Origin: Octopus vulgaris
Taxonomy: Eukaryota
Direction: 5' to 3'
Length of the DNA: 64,000 bases
Assembly (NCBI GenBank): GCA_951406725.2
Contig: OX597822.1
Span: 57,102,001 to 57,166,000 of the forward strand
The notes beneath the pieces were generated by a model, which was not told where the DNA came from, did not search any database, and saw nothing but the letters and a program-made list of their open reading frames with translations. Shown here one piece after another: positions 57,191 to 64,000 of the stretch. The translations under genes and the position numbers were made by a program. Each line of letters starts with the position of its first letter. Within the stretch, counting starts at the first letter, position 1.

Positions 57191-57409
57191 TAAATGTAAT
57201 ATGTGATAATTATACGGTAGCCATAATAAAACTCCGAGATTCGGATGTCGGGATGGAAATCCACGCCGCCATCTCTTCAGTTATCCGGCCAGCGGAGCAT
57301 TTTTCCGATGGCCGGATAACTGAAGAGATGGCGGCGTGGATTTCCACCCCGACATCCGAAACTCGGAGTTTTATTATGGCTACCGTATAATTATCACACA
57401 TTACATTTA
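57191..57409. repeat. Palindrome (about 106-bp arms) between TA tracts, hammerhead motif in each arm
   Basis: Arms 57191-57296 and 57304-57409. A partial family copy lies at 41064-41130. Confidence 0.95.
57316..57374 (+). ncRNA. Type-I hammerhead ribozyme candidate
   Basis: Stem I ataa/ttat, CTGAAGA, long stem II gatg.cgg.gtgga-tt-tccac.ccg.catc, GAAA, ctc-g-gag, GUU site. The mirror copy has GAAA>GAAT. Confidence 0.65.
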
Positions 57410-57449
57410 TATATAATATATAATATATATGTGAATGTATGTATATATA

Positions 57450-58686
57450 ATGTATCATCCCATAAATAATACGATTTTTTTTCAATTGCATGAACTAAAA
57501 GACGAGGGAGACGGGATAAACTACTTGCATCAACTTGCTATAAAAGCAGGTAGTAATTTTACCTTATTTTTAGTGCAAGTTTTGATAAATGCAGTTCGAA
57601 CTTAATAGTTTTTTTTTTCAAAGCTATAATGGAAGTGTCAAAGGAGCATATTTGGCATATTTTGCTCTATGAGTCCAATAAAGGCAGCAACGCAACGAAA
57701 AGTGCGAGGAATATTAATGCAGTATATGGGGATCGGAAAATACGTATAAGCTAGTCTCAACGGTGATTCCAGAAATTCCGAGCCGGAAACTACAGTCTAT
57801 AAGACGAGCCTCGCCCTGGAAGATTTGTAGAGTTCGATGAGAATGTCCTGCAAACCTTGGTGGAACAAAATCCCATCGTAACTGCTGAGGAACTAGCACA
57901 GAAGCATGGATTTGGTCATTCAACCATTCATCGATACCTGAGTACAATCTGAAGTCAGCAAATTGGGTCATTGGGTTTCTCATAAACTTTCCGAGTCTAA
58001 TTGCGTGCAGGGAGTGAATGTGCGCTCCTCTTTGCTGTTGCGTCTTACGAATGAACCTTTTTTGGACCGAATACTGACTGCTGACAACAGATGGGTTCTC
58101 TATAAAAATGTCAGGCGCCGAAGACAAAGGGTAGGGAAAGGAGAGAGACTGGCACCCAAGGCTAAAGGTCTTCATCCATGTAAGGTATTGTTATCTGTTT
58201 GTTGGGATATGAAAGGTTTAGTCCGCTTTGAACTTTTAAACCCAAACCAAACGATAACAAAGGATATCTACTGCGTGCGACCATCCTTGGTGTCAAGACG
58301 AAAGGTGTTCTTCCATCAGGATAATGCTCGGCGATATACAGCGAGGATGACATTACGAAGTCTGGAGCAATTAGAATGAAAAACGATGCCCCACTCACCA
58401 TATTCACTGGACATTGCCCCATCTGGTTATCACTTATTTCGCAGCCTTCAAAATCATTTAGACGGAAAAAATATGAATTCTGCAGACAAGGTCAGAACAG
58501 TAGTGGAGGATTATTTTTCGTCTCGGATATGTGAATTTTAGAAGAGGGGGCTTTGCATGTCTACCAGATACATGGAAGAGCATTATAGAAAATGAGAGTA
58601 TGTTTTAGATTAAAAAGGAACTTTGTTTATCGTAATTCTGAAAAATAAAAATATTAAAAAACCGCATTATTTATGGGATGACCCAA
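57450..58686 (+). mobile_element. Mariner (DD34D) transposon, full length but decayed
   Basis: TIRs tcatcccataaataatacg and cgcattatttatgggatga. ATG at 57629. Motifs WVSHKLS, ILTADNRW, HQDNARR and YSLDIAPSGY. Stops present. Confidence 0.93.
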
Positions 58687-58741
58687 TGCACACACATATG
58701 CACACATACACACACACACACTCAGACACACACATGCGCGC

Positions 58742-59140
58742 TCGTGGCTGTGTGGTAAGTAGTTTGCTTACCAACCACGTGGTTCCGGGTTCAGTCCCAC
58801 TGCGTGGCACCTTGGACGAGTGTCTCCTACTATAGCCTCGGGCCAACCAAAGCCTTGTGAGTGGATTTGGTAGACGGAAACTGAAAGAAGCCTGTCGTAT
58901 ATATATGTATGTGTGTGTGTATGTTTGTGTGTCTGTGTTTGTCCCCCAGCATCGCTTGACAACCGATGGTGGTGTGTTTACGTCCATGTAACCTAGCGGT
59001 TCGGCAAAAGAGACCGATAGAATAAGTACTAGGCTTTCAAAGAATAAGTCCTGGGGTCGATTTGCTCGATTTTCTCGACTAAAGGCGGTGCTCCAGCATG
59101 GCCGCAGTCAAATGACTGAAACAAGTAAAGGAGTAAAAGA
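58742..59140 (+). mobile_element. SINE family A
   Basis: gtggctgtgtggtaag...gggttcagtcccac...actgaaacaagtaaag. Confidence 0.88.
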
Positions 59141-59148
59141 TATGTATA

Positions 59149-59370
59149 TACGATGAAGTGTTGAAAAGTTACTGGTTTGGGGTAAAAGAAAATACAGGAG
59201 GATCAGTTAATTATGATCTTATTCAGCATATTCTCCTCTCAGACTCACACAGTTATTACAACGATCGTTCAATTTTTCGAAGCCCAGTAAAAAAAACTCG
59301 GAACTTTAAGTCTCCAGCCAGGCTTTTCACGACACCCTTAAAACCAGGACTTTTCAGCAGCGTCCCCATA
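59149..59370. mobile_element. Mariner-derived MITE
   Basis: Imperfect TIRs gtgttgaaaagttactggttt and aaaccaggacttttcagcag with TA flanks. Confidence 0.6.
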
Positions 59371-59394
59371 TGTGTATGTGTGTGTGTGTGCGTG

Positions 59395-59524
59395 TGTGGT
59401 AAGAAGCTTGCTTCCCAACCACATGACGCCGGGTTCAGTCACCCTCTATGACATTGTTAGACGGAGACTGAAAGAAGCCGTCGTATGTATAAGTGTGTTT
59501 GTGTGTGTGTATCTGTATGTGTTT

Positions 59525-59562
<38 letters not shown>

Positions 59563-59730
59563 GTGTGTGTGTGTCTTTGTATCTGTGTATGTCCCCCACC
59601 ACCGCTTGACACCCGCTGTTGCTGTGCTTCCGTTCCTGTAACTTAACGGTTCGTCAAAAGAGAACCAGAGAATAAGTACTAAGCTTTAAAAAATAACTTC
59701 TTGTTGTTCGACTAAAACCCCTTCAAGGTG
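59395..59730 (+). mobile_element. SINE family A, degraded
   Basis: gtggtaagaagcttgcttcccaaccac...actgaaagaagccgtcg...aataagtact. Confidence 0.75.
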
Positions 59731-60102
59731 ATGTTGTTGTGTTCCAGTGTTCCTGCATATCTATATGTTTACCAGCGCGCGTGTGCGTTTCGTCTGTGCT
59801 TGTGCGTGGATGTATACGACCGCATGGTTGTGTATAGGAAATGTTCAGTTATATCTATTTATTTCTATTGATTCCTTCGTATTCTGTCATTTTCCCTACC
59901 TATGACTACATGAGTGCTCACGCACGGGTGTATGCTTGCTTGGATGTGTATGGGTTGTGTACGCGAACTGTCCATATTTACATGTATTTATTTATATGGA
60001 CTTATATGCATCCTACTGTCGTTCTAACCCTATCCTTTATGTACCTGCCTATACTGCTACATATATGCCCATCTACTCACACAGCCGCACCAATGGATGC
60101 AT

Positions 60103-60141
<39 letters not shown>

Positions 60142-61799
60142 TAACAGTGGCGCTGAAGTTCTACTGCCTACAATGTATGTTTTCGCTTCGGTGCTGGTAA
60201 TATTTCAGTTATGAGGACATTCTCGCATATTTGCCTAAACGACGAGTCACTTGGTGTTTAGACAAAATATCGATCTTAATTTAGTTCAACATGCCACCAT
60301 GTTGATTCCTGGCACGGTGACAGAATGTACACGACTGTTACTTGTCATTATACTCCTGCCAGTTTCATTTAGTCTTTCCGCTTAACTCCTAGAAGTTTCC
60401 CCAATTTATTCGTATTCCAATTCTTACAATCCCCCTCCATGCACTTTATGCTGTAGATCACATGTGCATGTACACACACACGCACACTTTTCGCTTACTC
60501 TCACCCTTACCTTCTTTTCTAAGCAAATACATATCTACATACACACATAAAAGCATGCATACACACATGCATAAGACCAATTCTCAGACAGACACAGAAC
60601 AGAGCTTGCAGACCTTGCAGCAAGAGAGAGGGTCAATAAGTCACTGAAAAGATCGCGGACAAACAACTGATTGATTGTTTAACCAACACATTAAATGATT
60701 AGTTAGCTGGTTAGATATGTAACGAATTGACTAACAATGAAGTGGTGGAATTGAAGAATTGAACCTATACATGTGTTATAATTGGCGTAATGACCCTCTC
60801 CCAAGACACAATGTTAGAAAAATTGTTAGTCCAAACAAGTGGATTAATGTTTGGCGTCGGTAGTGAAGCGTGTCGTTATTCTGCTCACCAAAATCCCAAG
60901 AAAATAGTGAGTGGAGAAGCAGCCTACTAAGGCCATAAATACGCACACACGCACGTACACACACGCACACACACACACACACATACGCACGCACACACAT
61001 ACGCACGCACACGCACACACATACACATTTGTGTAGATGTTTACGGGTATATGTGTATGTATCTAAGTATGTTGTATATGCATTTATTCGTATATATGCG
61101 TATACATAAATATATATATATATGCACGTCCGCATGTGTGTGTGTTTGTGATACATACCTTATGTGTGCTTACGTATCTTACATACTTTAACAATTTTGT
61201 TTTAGAATTGGTGGAGTTTGCGTTATCGAAGTAGGATTCGAACTGAGGTTCACCATTTAACCAGCTCGATTTTTTTGTTGTTTTTAATTGTTTTCCACAC
61301 TTTTTTCAAGTTTATATTTTAGAAACTCTATCATTATGAACTTACAAAAAGACATTCAAATTGTATTTGTCGGACTTTCAGAATAGTTGTCTTTCATAAA
61401 TCGGAATTTCTCGCGGCGAGGTTTCTGGATTTTTCCACATTTTATAGTATTCAAAATACTATATTCAAAATACTCATTTCAAAATACTCATTTTATAATG
61501 TGTATTCGAAATACACATTTCAAAATATTCGCTGACGGATATTATTTTAAAACTTCTTAATCCATGCTTTTTTAAAAGTTTACCCATCCCCTCATCGTAT
61601 CTACGAATCACAAATCACAACTTCTTTTGCATCATTTTACGTCATGCAGTATTTCACATTTTGAAACTCTTATAATTCGTATTTTTATAGAAAAAAAATT
61701 TGGAAAAGATACGCATAAATCAGAATTTCTCGATTGTTTTCCTTTTTAGGGATTTTAATCGGAAAATTTAAAATGACGAAGTGGAAGTATGAAAGTTTT

Positions 61800-63270
61800 C
61801 TCTTAAAGTGCGTATTACAAATATTTCAAAATGTGAAATACTTTAAAATTGAAGATATATTGAGCAACATACTTACAACAAGGAAACTCAGCCTGCAGTT
61901 AGATTATTCCCTTTTGCCAAGCAATAAAAGTATGTTTCTTGCTTGTGTTTGCTTGGTCAAAGATTAGTGTGTAGTTCACAAGCTATTATTTGTAAGACAA
62001 CTAGGAACAGATACAAAAGAGGAGTCAATATTTTGTGTTTGAGCAATAGGTGAGACACCATCGATGGTAGATTGCTATCGCAGCTTCAACAGTTTATTGA
62101 AAAAGTTATACTTAGCGTGTTTAGAGCGCACTCTATAATGCACAGGCAACATCTGGTTGCAAGTAACCTAAGTAGTAGACTTAACAAATCATTAAGCACT
62201 GTTACCGGATCAGTAAATAAAACCAAGGTACCATGCTCACTATTCCCCACTGTTTCAACAGCTCTGTACTGAGAATGATAAAGATTTTGAACGCTTGTTG
62301 TTGCACATAGAAGTTCGGTGGTTGTAAAGGAAAACTGCCTGAAATTTTCTATTTCCTTTCTAAAACAGCTGTCAAATTCTTGGAAGACACTTATTCTTTT
62401 CTTTGTGATGATCCAAGAAGCATCAAGTATAACATTGCTTTGTATGGCAGATATATTCACAGAGTTCAATTATGTCAATTTGCAACTGCAAGGAGATGAG
62501 GTTAAAGCTTATCAAAGTAAAATCATCGCAGTTACAGGTATTCAAATGTAACATAAGCCGTCGTTAGTTCTTCCAGTCTCCGAGCCTCTCTGAATTGCAG
62601 AAGGATAAGTGCATACCAGAAGATAGCATTTAAGTATAGCTTTCACATCCGGATGAAGCGCACAGTTATGACTGATAGATATCAGGGTATTTTTTAATTA
62701 AAAGACCAGCCTGGGTGATTCCTAATTATTAGTAATGAGGAAGCAAGAATAGTGGAGGAAGAACTGGTTTTACTTTAAAGCAATATTGGCCAAGGTTCAA
62801 AAATTCACGTTTAGATTTTCGATTGCAAAATGTCATTCCTCACTGCCACCCTGCACTTTGGAACAAAGTCAAGATGTACTTTATTGCATTTCCAGCATAT
62901 TTTGTAACGATGAGGCTTCATGCAGTTGCCAAGATTCTTTCTAAGCAAAGAAACAGACTGAAAATTACTGAACTCGATGATCTAAGTCTACTTCTTAGCA
63001 TCTCTCAGCTGAGTTTCGAGAAGTTGATATCACCCATTGCATTAGAAATATGAAAACAATATAGTTACAGGTAAGATGTAAATTTGCCCTTTCATAAAAC
63101 AGCAAAATAATGGATTAATTAGGTTAAGTTTTATTTGTGAACTACGGTTATTTTGAATTTGTAGTAGAAGGAGATCTATACTTGTGATAGTGTGTGGTGG
63201 GGTTGGGTGCGCTAGAAATGTGGTCTGGGTGCCAAGGAAGCGGCTTCCTGAGTAAGTTTGGGGACCACTG
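61800..63270 (+). mobile_element. hAT Buster/Charlie-type transposon relic
   Basis: SLQLDYS, HSIMHRQHLVASNL, ERLLLHIEVRW, MADIFTEFNYVNLQLQG, YFIAFP...KQRNRL. The 3' terminus is gtttggggaccactg. Confidence 0.82.
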
Positions 63271-63319
63271 TTATAATTAAAGGCGTATAAATATTGGATT
63301 ATTATTTATAGTTTTAAGA

Positions 63320-63715
63320 AGGCGGTGAGCTGGCAGAATCGTTAGCACGCCGGGCGAAATGCGTAGCCGTATTTCGTCTGCCGTTACATTCTGAATTCAA
63401 ATTCCGCCGAGGTCGACTTTGCCTTTCATCCTTTCGGGGTCGATAAATTAAGTACCAGTTACGCACTGGGGTCGATGTAATCGACTTAATCCGTGTGTCT
63501 GTCCCTGTTCGTCCCCTCTGTGTTTAGCCCCTTGTGGGTAGTAAAGAAATAGGTATTTCGTCTGTCGCTACATTCTGAGTTCAAATTCCGCCGTGGTTGA
63601 CTTTGCCTTGCATCATTTCGAGCTCGATGAAATAAGTGTCAGTTATGCACTGGGGTCGATCTAATCGACTAATACACAAAACTTTTCAAGGGATTTGTGC
63701 ATAGAGAAGAAATCA
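63320..63715 (+). mobile_element. Dimeric SINE family B
   Basis: Same two-unit layout as 45238-45700. Confidence 0.88.
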
Positions 63716-64000
63716 TTATTTTACTTTATCTCCTTCAGCTGTTACCGTTATAAAAAGAAAAGGACGCATTATTTGATGTCTCCCGAAGTTCCTAGATTTT
63801 TATAACGTAAATAACAAATTCTCTCTGCCAAAAATAAAGCTTCTAAAGTGGATGGAGAAATTTAAAAGATTCCTTTGGTACAATGGTATAACGTCTGTCA
63901 TATTTACAGAAGTGAGTTCGTGTCCATGGGCTGCCTTCGAGTTTTTCTATCCAAGTTGTTTTAACACAATTTCTATACGCTATTATTTATACCTTTATGT

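Overview
AT-rich, repeat-saturated animal DNA with no confidently identifiable intact host protein-coding gene. Nearly all ORFs in the track are microsatellite translations or transposon relics. The SINE families and microsatellite load suggest an octopus/cephalopod genome (inference). Contents: two Penelope-like (GIY-YIG) remnants; four restriction-like-endonuclease (R4/Dong-like) non-LTR fragments, two of them inside one (TAA)n array; RTE- and CR1/L2-like LINE relics; at least three tRNA-derived SINE families; decayed mariner, DD37D (maT), Tigger/pogo, hAT, Helitron and Helentron-type elements; several MITEs. The main unexplained structure is a set of about ten type-I hammerhead-ribozyme motifs from several unrelated sequence families, mostly between (TA)n tracts. 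Several sit in near-perfect 200-400 bp palindromes that put a hammerhead motif on both strands, consistent with Penelope-type pLTR/inverted-pLTR insertions. There are also local rearrangements (an inverted mariner, an inverted-plus-direct duplication, fold-backs across TA tracts) and a diverged paralogous pair with splice and polyA signals. All alignments and folds were done by eye, so boundaries are approximate unless a TSD or TIR is quoted.
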